From Pseudomonadota bacterium (GTDB taxonomy: Bacteria > Myxococcota_A > UBA9042): DNA of 64,000 bases. Positions within the stretch are counted from its first letter, which is position 1, and each line of letters begins with the position of its first letter. Positions 35,868-45,638 of this stretch are shown in pieces. The stretch is from positions 696-64,695 of the forward strand of contig SXRM01000319.1 of assembly GCA_005792545.1 (NCBI GenBank), read 5' to 3'. The position numbers were made by a program, and so were the translations under genes. Below the pieces are notes generated by a model. The model saw only the letters and a list, made by a program, of their open reading frames with translations, made no database searches and was not told where the DNA came from.

Positions 35868-37544
35868 ATGCCTGTCCGCATTGCCGCTGACGCGCCGCTG
35901 GGCCTTTTGGCCAGCGCCCATGTCGTTGCCGCCACGCCACACCTCGCCGCTCAGGTCCGCGGGCTCGGACGCAGCGTCTCGCTCAGCCCCGCCGAACTCG
36001 ACGTGGTTGCACTCCTCGACGGCCGGCGGGCGTTCGGCGACGTGCTCAAGGCGTGCCCGCGGCCGTTGCTGGCGCTCGACGTGGTGCGGCGACTAGGCGA
36101 GGCCGGGCTGCTTGGCAGTACCGCGGCGCCGCAGCCGGTCGCGGGCGGTAGCGCTCCGCGGGCTTGGCTTGTCGATTTTGCGGTGCCGGTGGCGGCCTTT
36201 CTGGCGGCAATGGGCCTGGCCGCGCTGGCCGGCGCGCTGGAGTTGTCGATCGCGATGGCCATGGCCGGATGGACGCTCGTAGCGGCGTTGGCGTGGCATG
36301 CGGCGCCCTTCCTGCCTGGCTGGGGTCGGCGGCGCGCCGGCCAGTTTTTGGGCGTGCCCGATGCCGGCCGGCGGCTGCGCACCTGGCTGATGCGGCGGTC
36401 GGTGCGCAACACGGTGCGCGCGGGAGACATCGACCGGGTGGAGCAGCGCTACTTGCTGCTGTCCGCTTGGGCTTTCTGCCACGGTTTCGCGGTGGTGGTG
36501 CTGGCGATCGGCTGGGCGTTGCCGCTGGCGACGCACTTCGCGCTGCACGGCCTGCCTGGACAGGCCGGTCTTTGGGCTGGCCTTTTCCGGGCTTTGCCGC
36601 TGCTGGTGACCGTCGGCGTGTGTGCGCCGCCGCTGGCCATGCTGCTGCTGGTGCTGTTCTGGCTGGTGCCCCAGCTGGTGCCGCGCACGAGTTCGCGACC
36701 ACAACGCGCGGACGCCGTAGACGGCGAACTGGCCGGCCGGTTTGCGGACGCTCTGGGCGCGCTGCCCGCGTTCGCGCCATTGGGCGCGGATCGACTGTTG
36801 CAGTTGGGCAAGCTCGGCCGCCTGGAGACCCACGCCGACCGGGCGTTTGTGCTGCGCCAGGGTGAGCGCGGCGATCGCCTGTGCTGGCTGGCCTCCGGCA
36901 AGGTGCGGGTGCGGGTCGAGGACGAGAGCGGCATGGACCACGAGGTCACGGTCTTGCAGCAGGGCGCGTTCTTTGGCGAGACCGCATTGTTGGAGCCGGT
37001 GCCGCGCACGGCGACGGTCATCGCCGACGGCGCTGTGCAGGTGGTTGGCCTGGGTCGCGCCGCGTTTCTGGGTGCGCTGGCTGAGCTGGGCGCCGACTCG
37101 GAGGGCGTCAAGGACCAGCTGCGTACGGCGGCTGTGCTGCGCAACCACCCGTTGTTCTGCGCGCTGGATGCCGACGGGCTGCGGGCGCTACTGGAAGCGG
37201 CTGAGGTGGTTCGCCTGCCGGCAGGCCAGGCGGCAGTGAGCCAGGGCGACGCCGGCGACGTGCTCTACGTGGTGCGCGAGGGGTCGTTCGAAGTGCGGCG
37301 CGAGAGTCGTGGGCGCCAACGCAAGCTGGCGCGCCTGCGGCCGGGCGACTGGTTTGGCGAACTGGCGTTGCTCGGCGATGGCAAGCGCACCGCCAGCGTG
37401 GTCGCGCTGACCGATGCGGTTGCGGTTCAAGTGCCGCGGCCGGCGGTGGAGAGTGCGGTGCTGCGCGACGTCGCTGCTGCTTTGCACGTACTGGAAGCGG
37501 CGTCGGAGCGCATGGCGGCGCTGCGGCAAGAGGAGGGGCTGTGA
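35868..37544 (+). CDS. membrane protein with two cyclic-nucleotide-binding domains
   Basis: Several central TM segments. Two CNB signatures: GAFFGETALLEPVPRTATVIA and GDWFGELALLGDGKRTASVVA. ATG at 35868; a GTG at 35856 is also possible. Confidence 0.8.
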   Translation: MPVRIAADAPLGLLASAHVVAATPHLAAQVRGLGRSVSLSPAELDVVALLDGRRAFGDVLKACPRPLLALDVVRRLGEAGLLGSTAAPQPVAGGSAPRAWLVDFAVPVAAFLAAMGLAALAGALELSIAMAMAGWTLVAALAWHAAPFLPGWGRRRAGQFLGVPDAGRRLRTWLMRRSVRNTVRAGDIDRVEQRYLLLSAWAFCHGFAVVVLAIGWALPLATHFALHGLPGQAGLWAGLFRALPLLVTVGVCAPPLAMLLLVLFWLVPQLVPRTSSRPQRADAVDGELAGRFADALGALPAFAPLGADRLLQLGKLGRLETHADRAFVLRQGERGDRLCWLASGKVRVRVEDESGMDHEVTVLQQGAFFGETALLEPVPRTATVIADGAVQVVGLGRAAFLGALAELGADSEGVKDQLRTAAVLRNHPLFCALDADGLRALLEAAEVVRLPAGQAAVSQGDAGDVLYVVREGSFEVRRESRGRQRKLARLRPGDWFGELALLGDGKRTASVVALTDAVAVQVPRPAVESAVLRDVAAALHVLEAASERMAALRQEEGL

Positions 37545-37954
37545 ACCCAGGGCGGCTCATCCCAACCTTGCTGTTGGCCACTGGCACCGTTGGCGCAGCC
37601 AAGAAAGGTCCCGATGTAGTGGCCAAGGTCACCGACACCGTCAAGATCGTGATGGTGCGCTATGAACTGGCGCAGCTGGCCCAGATGTACGATCGCGACG
37701 CCATCTTGACCATGCCCGTTCCCAAGCCCGGTGAACCGGAGAAGTTCTCCAACTGGGTGCGCGAATCGCTCAAGGCAGGCGGTGGGCGCGACGTGGCCAA
37801 CGACCTATGGGAAACGCCGTATCGGTTTGACTGGGCCACCGGCGTCAAGGTCATGCGCAGTGTCGGTCCGGACAAAGAGCCTGGACCGTGCGCGACCAAC
37901 GAAGTGCGCGAAGGCGTCGACGACCTCTGCGAGATTGTGGGCGAGCGCAAGTAG
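37541..37954 (+). CDS. small secreted hypothetical protein (weak GspG-like C-terminal similarity)
   Basis: The GTG start overlaps the upstream stop (GTGA). N-terminal hydrophobic segment. DLWETPYRFDW...SVGPDKEPG is reminiscent of the DPWGxPY...GxDG block of type II secretion pseudopilins. The prepilin N-terminus is absent. Confidence 0.45.
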   Translation: MNPGRLIPTLLLATGTVGAAKKGPDVVAKVTDTVKIVMVRYELAQLAQMYDRDAILTMPVPKPGEPEKFSNWVRESLKAGGGRDVANDLWETPYRFDWATGVKVMRSVGPDKEPGPCATNEVREGVDDLCEIVGERK

Positions 37955-37957
37955 TCG

Positions 37958-40765
37958 TCAATCGAGCGTCACGCCGACCGCACCTTGAACCACGCGCACC
38001 GACAGCCGCTTGGTCGCAGCTTCGTAATACCAGCATGCCGTCTTGCAGGCGCCGACCTCAGTCACCGAGTTGACCGCAGCAACCGTGACCCCGCCAATGG
38101 CGACGCCTTTCGGGGCATTGAGGCCGTGCACCTCGAAAACTCCGCCCTGTTGGAATTCAGCGCCCGCTTGCAGCCAGTGTAGCGTCAACAGCTTGCCATC
38201 GAAGCCCAACTCCGCGGTCGCGCCATCGAACAGGGTTAATTTGGCCGGCGCCGCCAGCGGCCCTGCGAGCGCGGCGCGCAGCCACAACACCCCGACCTCG
38301 TTGGCAAAACTGTCGACGCCCGCCAGAGTCGAGGGCGCCAGGGTGTCGATGGTCGGCCGCAGCAGTGGCACCAACTGCCCTGCCCTGGCGTAGAGCGGAA
38401 GCTTGGCGAGCGGCGCGTCGATGGCCTCGGTCTTGCCAGCGGCGCCGCCATCGTGCACCGTACCGTCGAACCAATCGACCCACACGCCCGGCGGAAACCA
38501 CACGTCGCGCTTGGCCTCGGGGGTAATGACCGGCGCTGCCAACAGGTGGTCGCCCAGCAGCCACTGGTCGGCCTCGCGTGCACGCAAGCCGCTGTCTCCG
38601 CTCAGGTTCGGCCACACCAGGCCCAGCGCGCGCACCGGCCCAACGCCGCGCGGGTCATTGCCCTGGGTGCGCGCCATCTCGGTCCACAGCAGAGGAAACA
38701 GCCGGGCGTGCAGCCGAATCAGGTCGCGCGACAACGCGATGGTCTGGTCGTCAAACGGGTCGCCGGGCGACAGCTTGTTGGTGATCTTGTTGAAGATCCA
38801 CGGATTGTGATCGCTGCTGCCGCCAATCTGCAACACGCCATTGAGCGCTGTGTGCTGCAGCCAGCGCAGGAACAGCTGCTTGGAAGCTCGGCCGTGCCGG
38901 TAGCCACCGGTATCAGCGCCGTAGAGGGGAAAGCCCGCCGTCGGCAGCGAAATCGCCGCAGCGACCGACGCCGGCAGGCCGCCCGCATGGCACTCACCAT
39001 CGGGCGTGCACTCCGCGTGCTTCATCCAACCGGCGCACAGGTCGCCGGGCCAGATCATCGACGCATGGATCTGGTCGCCCCATGCCGACTTGCGGCACAG
39101 CAGCCAGCCGCCGCCGGTCTTGGCGTAGTTGCCCGCGGGCTTGGGCAATTGGCTCGCGTAGGCTTCGTGGTAGCCGTGTTGGTAGCTCTGGTGCATCGTC
39201 CGCTCGTCGCTACCGTCGGCAAAGGTCCAGGGCAGGCGCGCGGCGCCAAGGCCGAGCACGATGTCCTCGCCGTAGTCCATCTTGAAGCCTTCGATGCCCA
39301 GGTCGGTGTACTGCTTGACCAGCGACTTGAAGAAGTCGCGGGCGGCCGAGTTGGTGAAGTCGACCGGCGGCCCCCACTTGAGGATCGTCGCCCACATGCC
39401 GACGCCATTGACGAACCAGCCGTTCTGCTTGGCCTTGTCAAAGTGCTTGGACTTCTGCTTGCCGGCGTAGCCCGGGTCGAAGTAGGGCGTGGACCACACC
39501 CCAAGCCGCAGCCCGTTGGCCTGCAAACTGTCGACCATGGCCTTGGGGTCCGGGTAGAGCTTGGGATCAAAGCCGAAATCGTTGACGGCGACATCGTACG
39601 GCCGGTCGATCCACATGCCAGAGAGCGCGAGGTCGTGCGTGCGCAGGTCGGCCGCGTCTTGCAGAACTTCGGCCTGGTCTTTGTTTTCGTTACGCCACAG
39701 CAAACCGCCCATCGCCCACCGCGCGGGCAAAAGTGGCTTGCCCGTCAACTTCCAGTAGCGACTGACGACGTCGATGGGTTGTTCGGCGACGAGCAGCCAG
39801 GCAAACAGGTCACTAGTCTGCATGGTCAGCACGATGCGCCCGGGATCGCTGGCGGCGACGTCGGCCACGCCGGCACGAAAGGTCTGGCCAAACCAACCCC
39901 AACCGCGGGTGCCCACCAGCAGCGGGATGCGCACGTGACCCTCGTTGCTGGAGCCGTCGAGGTTGAAGTCGCCTTCGAGCTGCAGCGCGCGCACCTTGCC
40001 GCGGTGCTGCGGGGTATCGAACATCTCGCCGATGCCGTAGTAGCCCTCGCTAGCCGGGGCATCGATGACCTGCCGCACGTAGATGACCGGCCGCTCGCCC
40101 TTGTCCGCGGCGAAGTCGTTGGTGGTGTAGATACTGAGCGGCCGCAGCATGAGCTGAAAGCCGATTTCCTGTTGCGCGCGAACGAACAGCAGATAGTCGG
40201 GGCAAGCGCCAGCCGCCGTGGCCGTCTGCACGCGAAAAAACGCCCCGGCCAGGTTTTGCTCGCCGATGGGATGCGGGTTTTCGATCTGATCGACCGCCGT
40301 GACGCTACACCAGGTCAGATCGTCCGGCGGTGTCGTGGCCAGGTTGCTGGGGTTATAGTTGACCTTGGCGTCGAACTTGTCGACCCGGCCCAACTGCCAG
40401 CGACTGAGATCGACGCGAGCCCGCGCTGCCGTCTCGCCAACGCGCCACAGTTCCATGGTCTTGGCGGCGCCGTCGACGGTGAGCCTGAACGCAACGGGCT
40501 CGCCCAATTCAAGCTGGGCCGAATTGGGCGACTTGAGGGCGACGATGCCGGCCTTGGGATCGCCCGCACCGTCCCACCACGTAGCCCACTTTGGAAAATC
40601 GGCGGCAACCGCATCCTTCGCTGCGATGTCGCCAGTGGCACCTGTAGCATCAAGGTTGGCGTCGGCGGCAGTGACGGCATCGGGCGTTGCGGCAGGACTG
40701 CCACATGCTGCGAGGGCGAAAGCGACAGCGGCCTTGGCGATCAGAATCGAACTACGCATGGGCAT
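37958..40765 (-). CDS. glycoside hydrolase family 31-like lipoprotein (alpha-glucosidase/xylosidase type)
   Basis: ATG at 40765 or 40759 gives MPMRSSILIAKAAVAFALAAC (lipobox). Catalytic-region blocks GMWIDRPYD, GFKMDYGEDI, MIWPGDL and YGADTGGY. Confidence 0.75.
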   Translation of the reverse strand: MPMRSSILIAKAAVAFALAACGSPAATPDAVTAADANLDATGATGDIAAKDAVAADFPKWATWWDGAGDPKAGIVALKSPNSAQLELGEPVAFRLTVDGAAKTMELWRVGETAARARVDLSRWQLGRVDKFDAKVNYNPSNLATTPPDDLTWCSVTAVDQIENPHPIGEQNLAGAFFRVQTATAAGACPDYLLFVRAQQEIGFQLMLRPLSIYTTNDFAADKGERPVIYVRQVIDAPASEGYYGIGEMFDTPQHRGKVRALQLEGDFNLDGSSNEGHVRIPLLVGTRGWGWFGQTFRAGVADVAASDPGRIVLTMQTSDLFAWLLVAEQPIDVVSRYWKLTGKPLLPARWAMGGLLWRNENKDQAEVLQDAADLRTHDLALSGMWIDRPYDVAVNDFGFDPKLYPDPKAMVDSLQANGLRLGVWSTPYFDPGYAGKQKSKHFDKAKQNGWFVNGVGMWATILKWGPPVDFTNSAARDFFKSLVKQYTDLGIEGFKMDYGEDIVLGLGAARLPWTFADGSDERTMHQSYQHGYHEAYASQLPKPAGNYAKTGGGWLLCRKSAWGDQIHASMIWPGDLCAGWMKHAECTPDGECHAGGLPASVAAAISLPTAGFPLYGADTGGYRHGRASKQLFLRWLQHTALNGVLQIGGSSDHNPWIFNKITNKLSPGDPFDDQTIALSRDLIRLHARLFPLLWTEMARTQGNDPRGVGPVRALGLVWPNLSGDSGLRAREADQWLLGDHLLAAPVITPEAKRDVWFPPGVWVDWFDGTVHDGGAAGKTEAIDAPLAKLPLYARAGQLVPLLRPTIDTLAPSTLAGVDSFANEVGVLWLRAALAGPLAAPAKLTLFDGATAELGFDGKLLTLHWLQAGAEFQQGGVFEVHGLNAPKGVAIGGVTVAAVNSVTEVGACKTACWYYEAATKRLSVRVVQGAVGVTLD

Positions 40766-40881
40766 GGACCAGCGCACTGCGGCGCCGCGGCATGGTTGCG
40801 CGGCGCGCTTTGACTGTCCAGTGGCATTGCGGGGTGCCGTTGCAGGCCGCAGTGCCAATCCTGCAGCGCCGGCGGTCGACG

Positions 40882-42237
40882 TCAGTCTTGCGCGCACGCT
40901 GCGGCGATGGCCTCGATCGCCGACAAACAGGCTGCGTCAGCGCCGGGACCGTGGCTCCAGGCCCAGTGGCCGCGACGGATCCAGGCCGGTCGACCGGCAT
41001 CGGCGGCTTCGACCATCACTTCGAATTCGCCGGCGTCCGTGGCGATGCGCAAGCGCAACCGCTCGCGTCGACCGTCGAGCGTCCAGGAAAGCAACTGCCA
41101 GGCTTGGGGCAGAGCCTGCGTCAGCCGGTGAGCCGGCAGCAACTCACCGACGCGCCGCTCGAAGGCCGTGGAGCTCGCCGCACTGTGGCCCACGATGGGC
41201 TGAAATTCCTCCCAGCCGTAGGCATGCGCGTAGTGCTCCCAAACGCCCCAACAGTGGTCATTGGCCGCGCAGGTCGTGCACTCCGAGTGTTTGACGGTCT
41301 GGCCGGCGCTGGCTTCACCGCTCACGGTTTCGGCAGCAACCTGGGCCGTCGTGCCCCGGGCGACCGGCGCGTTTGCCGATTCGTTCGTCGTCGGCACCAC
41401 CCATGCCTCCAACGTGCCAACCAGACTGACCCAAGGTCCGGCGGCGCACGGCGGGATGTCCTCCAAAACGATGCGGCGGCGAAGGTCGTGCGGAAGCTCC
41501 AAAAGTGGCGCCAGCGCGGCGACCACTTCGGCGTGGCGCGGCACGACTTTGGCGAAGTGCTTACGCGCGTGCCCGGTCGGCCGCACGACGTTGACGACGG
41601 CGGTATCGGCGCCGCGGTCGAGCAGCCAGCGCAGCGTATCCGCCAGCCGCGGCAGGTTGAGCTTGCTTGCCACTGTCGAGGTCGTCAGCTCCAGGTCGAA
41701 TTCACCGCGCAGTGCGACCAGCTGGCTCAAACCCGCGGCTGCCTCGACGAACGCGTCCCTGCCGACCGAGGCGTTGTGCGTCGCGGCGTCTGGCCCATGA
41801 ATCGACACCACGAACCGGTTGGCCCCGGCCTCGCACAAGGCGCGCGCGCGGTCGCCGTCAGCCAGACGCCGGCCATTGGTCACCACGCCTCGACCCGCAA
41901 AGTCGAGATCTCGAGCCAAGGCCAGCATCGCGGGCAGCTGCGGATGCAGCGTCGGTTCGCCGTGGGTAAACATCACCGCGTCGACTGATCCGGCGTGGGC
42001 CTGCAACAGCGCCGCAATGGTGGCGAACGGCACCACCGCAGGCCCGCCGTGGAACTCGCCGTCGACCTCATTGCGGTCCAGGCAGAACCAGCAGCGGTTG
42101 TTACAGGTGAACATCACCTGCGCCTGCAACACGGCCTTGCGGCGCAGGTTGGCGCTCGTGGCAATCGACGGTGCGGGCGCGGTCACGGCAGCCCGATGGT
42201 CGTCAGTGGGACGGCGGGCGCGGTTTGCCCTGCGCAT
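40882..42237 (-). CDS. radical SAM protein with C-terminal CxxCx5C motif and an unassigned ~170-aa tail
   Basis: CNNRCWFC is a CxxxCxxC cluster. GEPTLHP is a SAM-binding-like motif. The later ECTTCAANDHCWGVW looks like an auxiliary (SPASM/twitch-like) cluster. Start uncertain: the ATG at 42237 overlaps the upstream gene by 35 nt, and a GTG at 42186 is an alternative. Confidence 0.7.
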   Translation of the reverse strand: MRRANRARRPTDDHRAAVTAPAPSIATSANLRRKAVLQAQVMFTCNNRCWFCLDRNEVDGEFHGGPAVVPFATIAALLQAHAGSVDAVMFTHGEPTLHPQLPAMLALARDLDFAGRGVVTNGRRLADGDRARALCEAGANRFVVSIHGPDAATHNASVGRDAFVEAAAGLSQLVALRGEFDLELTTSTVASKLNLPRLADTLRWLLDRGADTAVVNVVRPTGHARKHFAKVVPRHAEVVAALAPLLELPHDLRRRIVLEDIPPCAAGPWVSLVGTLEAWVVPTTNESANAPVARGTTAQVAAETVSGEASAGQTVKHSECTTCAANDHCWGVWEHYAHAYGWEEFQPIVGHSAASSTAFERRVGELLPAHRLTQALPQAWQLLSWTLDGRRERLRLRIATDAGEFEVMVEAADAGRPAWIRRGHWAWSHGPGADAACLSAIEAIAAACAQD

Positions 42238-42553
42238 CGTCGGTCGCGTCGTCGTCGGTGTCCGCGCCGGTGGTCTCGTCGTCGCTGTCATCGGCCGGGG
42301 GTTCCATCGGCTCACTGTCCTGGCTGTGGGCCTCGTGCTTGTCCTCGCTCTGGGCTGGTTCGTCAGCAGGCTTGTCAGCCGGGCGATCGTCAGCAGGCGG
42401 CGGCAGTGAACCGGGCGGCGAACTCGGCGCCGGGGCTTCTGCGGTCGGCACACCGTGATCTGGCGGCGGCAAGCGGGTGTCGGGCACTTGTGCGCGCGCA
42501 GCGGTGCACCCGGCCAGCACTGCCGCCAAAATCAGGCGTCCAAACAAGCGCAT
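42203..42553 (-). CDS. small acidic, Pro-rich lipoprotein
   Basis: ATG at 42553 gives MRLFGRLILAAVLAGC (lipobox). The remainder is a disordered D/E/P-rich sequence. The rest of the track's 344-aa ORF upstream is antisense shadow of iadA. Confidence 0.55.
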   Translation of the reverse strand: MRLFGRLILAAVLAGCTAARAQVPDTRLPPPDHGVPTAEAPAPSSPPGSLPPPADDRPADKPADEPAQSEDKHEAHSQDSEPMEPPADDSDDETTGADTDDDATDDAQGKPRPPSH

Positions 42554-42685
42554 AGGTCCATCCGACGGCGCGCACCGTCGTGGCGAAGCGTCGCCGGGCA
42601 GCGCGGCAAAGTCAAACCCAAGCGCACGCATCGGGTTGGCGGCGCCGCCTTGACCGTACACAGCATGGGCGGGCACGCTACCCGC

Positions 42686-43855
42686 ATGACGACGCCGCTG
42701 GTCTTGTTGCGCCATGCCCATGTGTTCAACCCCGACGATGTCGGCTACTGCGACGTGTTGTGCGCGGGCGGCAAGGTGGCGGCAATTGCAAGCAAGCTGG
42801 AGCTGCCGCCGGACCACTGGCCCTGCGAAGTCGTCAACCTCGACGGCGCCCGGGTGATTCCCGGTCTGGTCGATGCGCACGTGCATTTGTGCGGCGGCGG
42901 CGGCGAGGCGGGCGCGCACACGCGGGTCCCGCGCGTCGAAGTGCCCCACCTGACGCTGGCGGGTGTCACAACTGCCGTTGGCCTGCTCGGCACCGACGGC
43001 AGCACGCGCACGGTGGCCGAGTCGCTGGCCTGTGCTCGCGCGATCGAGCACGCGGGGTTGACCACATTCTGCTACACGGGGTCGTACGAGCTGCCGCTGC
43101 AGACGCTGACGGGTAGCGTCCGCGGTGATCTGGTGCACAACGATCGCCTGGTGGCAGTTGGCGAACTGGCGCTGTCGGACCACCGGTCGTCGCAGCCAAC
43201 CTACGATGAGCTGTTGCGCGTGGCTTCGGACTGCCACGTCTGCGGGATGATGACGGGCAAGGCCGGGCTACTGCACCTGCACATGGGCGATGGCCCGCGC
43301 GGTCTGGCGCTGGTGCGCCGGGCGCTGCACGAGACAGAACTGCCGGTGCGCACCTTTCACCCGACCCACGTCAACCGCAACCGCGCGCTGTGGGCAGAGA
43401 CCAAGCAGGTCCACGCCGAGCGCGGCCTGTACGCGGACGTCACGGCTTTCGAGGCCGACGAGGACAGTCTGGATGCCGCGGACGCCATCGCCGACTGGCT
43501 GGACAGTGGCCTGGATCCGGCCCGCCTGACCGCAAGCAGCGACGGCGGCGGCTGTCTGCCGGTTTTCGACGGAGACGGTGTGCTGATTCGCATGGATGTC
43601 GGCCGGTCGATGGGCCTTTCGGACGCCCTGGTCAAGCTATTGGGCCAGGGTCGGCCGCTGGGCGCAGTGCTGCCGATGTTCACTCGCAATCCGGCCCGGC
43701 TGTTCCGTTTTCGCGGCAAAGGCGAGCTGGTGCCCGGTGCCGACGCCGATCTGGTCGTGCTCGACGACGCTGGCCGGGCCCGCGACGTGCTGGCGCGCGG
43801 CAAGTGGATGGTGCGGCAGGGCCAGGCCATCGTGAGCGGCCCGTTCGATCGCTAG
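42686..43855 (+). CDS. iadA: isoaspartyl dipeptidase (beta-aspartyl peptidase)
   Basis: ATG at 42686. The sequence is alignable by eye with E. coli IadA: PGLVDAHVHLCGGGGEAG...LAGVTTAVGLLGTDG...LSDHRSS...HLHMGDG...FHPTHVNRN. Confidence 0.88.
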   Translation: MTTPLVLLRHAHVFNPDDVGYCDVLCAGGKVAAIASKLELPPDHWPCEVVNLDGARVIPGLVDAHVHLCGGGGEAGAHTRVPRVEVPHLTLAGVTTAVGLLGTDGSTRTVAESLACARAIEHAGLTTFCYTGSYELPLQTLTGSVRGDLVHNDRLVAVGELALSDHRSSQPTYDELLRVASDCHVCGMMTGKAGLLHLHMGDGPRGLALVRRALHETELPVRTFHPTHVNRNRALWAETKQVHAERGLYADVTAFEADEDSLDAADAIADWLDSGLDPARLTASSDGGGCLPVFDGDGVLIRMDVGRSMGLSDALVKLLGQGRPLGAVLPMFTRNPARLFRFRGKGELVPGADADLVVLDDAGRARDVLARGKWMVRQGQAIVSGPFDR

Positions 43856-43873
43856 TCAACCCACGGAATTCCC

Positions 43874-44746
43874 ATGCAAAACGTGCTGGCCGAGCTGGTA
43901 GACCAGTTGGCGCTCGAGCGCATCGATCGCGATCTGTTTCGGGGCCGCAGCCAGGACCTCGGCTGGGGCGCGATTTTTGGCGGTCAGGTGCTGGGGCAGG
44001 CGCTGTCGGCGGCCGCGCAGACGGTTGACGAGGATCGTCCGGTGCACTCGCTGCACGCGTATTTCTTGCGCGCAGGCGATGTGCGGCGGCCCATCGTGTA
44101 CCAGGTCGATCGCATCCGCGACGGGCAGAGCTTCTGCACGCGACGGGTGATTGCCGTCCAGGACGGCACCCCGATCTTCAGTCTCGCAGCCAGTTTCCAA
44201 GTCGAAGAGACCGGCTTCGACCACCAGGACCCGATGCCGCAAGTCGCCGGCCCCGACGGGCTGTTGAGCGAGCGGGAGTTGGCCCTCAAGCTTGGCGACC
44301 ACGTGCCCGAGCGGCTGCGCCCCATGGCCACCGCGATCCGGCCCATCGAGCAACGGCCGGTCAAGCCGCGCAACCCGCTGGCGCCCAAGCCCCAAGAACC
44401 CGTGCGGCACATCTGGATGCGCGCCATCGACCAGCTGCCTCACGACCAGTCGCTGCACCGCTACCTGCTTGCCTATGCCTCGGATTTTTCGCTGCTTGGC
44501 ACGAGCTTGGATCCGCACGGCGTTTCGTGGCTCACGTCGGGCATGCACATCGCCAGCTTGGATCACGCGATGTGGTTCCATCGGCCGTTTCGCATGGATG
44601 ATTGGCTGCTCTACGACATCCAGAGCCCGTCGGCGAGTGGCGCGCGGGGCCTGGTGCGCGGGCGGTTTTTCGACACCCAGGGCCGGCTGGTGGCGAGCGT
44701 CGTGCAGGAAGGCCTGATTCGCCTGCGCACAACGCCGGATCGGTAA
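43874..44746 (+). CDS. tesB: acyl-CoA thioesterase II
   Basis: LALERIDRDLFRGRSQDLGWGAIFGGQVLGQAL...VHSLHAYFLRAGD...IRDGQSF..R.V.A.Q.G..IF is the typical TesB double hot-dog sequence. Confidence 0.88.
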   Translation: MQNVLAELVDQLALERIDRDLFRGRSQDLGWGAIFGGQVLGQALSAAAQTVDEDRPVHSLHAYFLRAGDVRRPIVYQVDRIRDGQSFCTRRVIAVQDGTPIFSLAASFQVEETGFDHQDPMPQVAGPDGLLSERELALKLGDHVPERLRPMATAIRPIEQRPVKPRNPLAPKPQEPVRHIWMRAIDQLPHDQSLHRYLLAYASDFSLLGTSLDPHGVSWLTSGMHIASLDHAMWFHRPFRMDDWLLYDIQSPSASGARGLVRGRFFDTQGRLVASVVQEGLIRLRTTPDR

Positions 44747-44964
44747 AACAGGCTACGGGCTTCGGTCGCTTTTCGGCCTGCAAACTCGCGCCATCGCCGC
44801 TGACTTCGCGATCTCACCTGCTCGCCCAAGTGCGACAAGATGTGAGGCAAAAGTGAGACTGGCGCCGCCGCACCCTCGCAACCGCTCGAATTGACAGCGT
44901 CCGCGCGTTGGCTCGCACCTTGCACAGGCCCTTGGCGCGCCGTACGCTGGCCGCGGAGGTTCCG

Positions 44965-45603
44965 ATGGACAGCGACAACCGCAACTCCGGCGCAGACAGC
45001 CCGCCCTTGGTCGGGGGCTACATCGCAGGCCCGCCCGACCGGTCGGCGATGTGGGAGGATATTGTGAATCTACCCGAGCATTTTCACGCAGAAATCGTCA
45101 GCAACCGAGTTCACTACCGCATGGGCAGTCGCGGTGGCCACGGCCACGCCGTCGGCGCCCTCAATGGCCTGCTGCACCCGGCCCGCAGTGGCGCAGCGCG
45201 AGGCGCTGCGTGGTGGCTTTTGGCCGACGCCAGCTTGTTCATCGGTCACGGCAGTTGGGTCGCGCCCGACATCACCGGGCTGCGCAAGGCGCACTGTCCA
45301 GAAATCCCAACTGAGTTTCCGATGCAACTCGTCCCAGACTGGGTCTGCGAAGTGCTCTCGCCCAGCAACGCCCACTACGACCGCGGCGACAAAGCCGAGG
45401 CCTACGCGAAAGCGGGCGTACCGTGGTTTTGGATCGTCGATACCGACGAGCGCACGCTTGAGGTGCTGGAGTTGGTCAACGGCCGCTGGCAGATCTTTGG
45501 GGTCTATACCGATGGTGCGGTGGTGGCGCTACCGCCGTTTGACGAGGTCCCGTTGGCCGTGGGCGAGATTTTCGTCCCCAAAAGAGCGCCGCAAGAACCC
45601 TAG
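44965..45603 (+). CDS. Uma2 family (DUF820) putative endonuclease
   Basis: ATG at 44965. The core VPDWVCEVLSPSNAHYDRGDKAEAYAKAGVPWFWIVDTDERTLEV matches the PD-(D/E)xK-like Uma2 signature. Confidence 0.75.
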   Translation: MDSDNRNSGADSPPLVGGYIAGPPDRSAMWEDIVNLPEHFHAEIVSNRVHYRMGSRGGHGHAVGALNGLLHPARSGAARGAAWWLLADASLFIGHGSWVAPDITGLRKAHCPEIPTEFPMQLVPDWVCEVLSPSNAHYDRGDKAEAYAKAGVPWFWIVDTDERTLEVLELVNGRWQIFGVYTDGAVVALPPFDEVPLAVGEIFVPKRAPQEP

Positions 45604-45638
45604 GTTGGCGGAGCCGTTGCTGAGCCAGGCCGAGCGCC

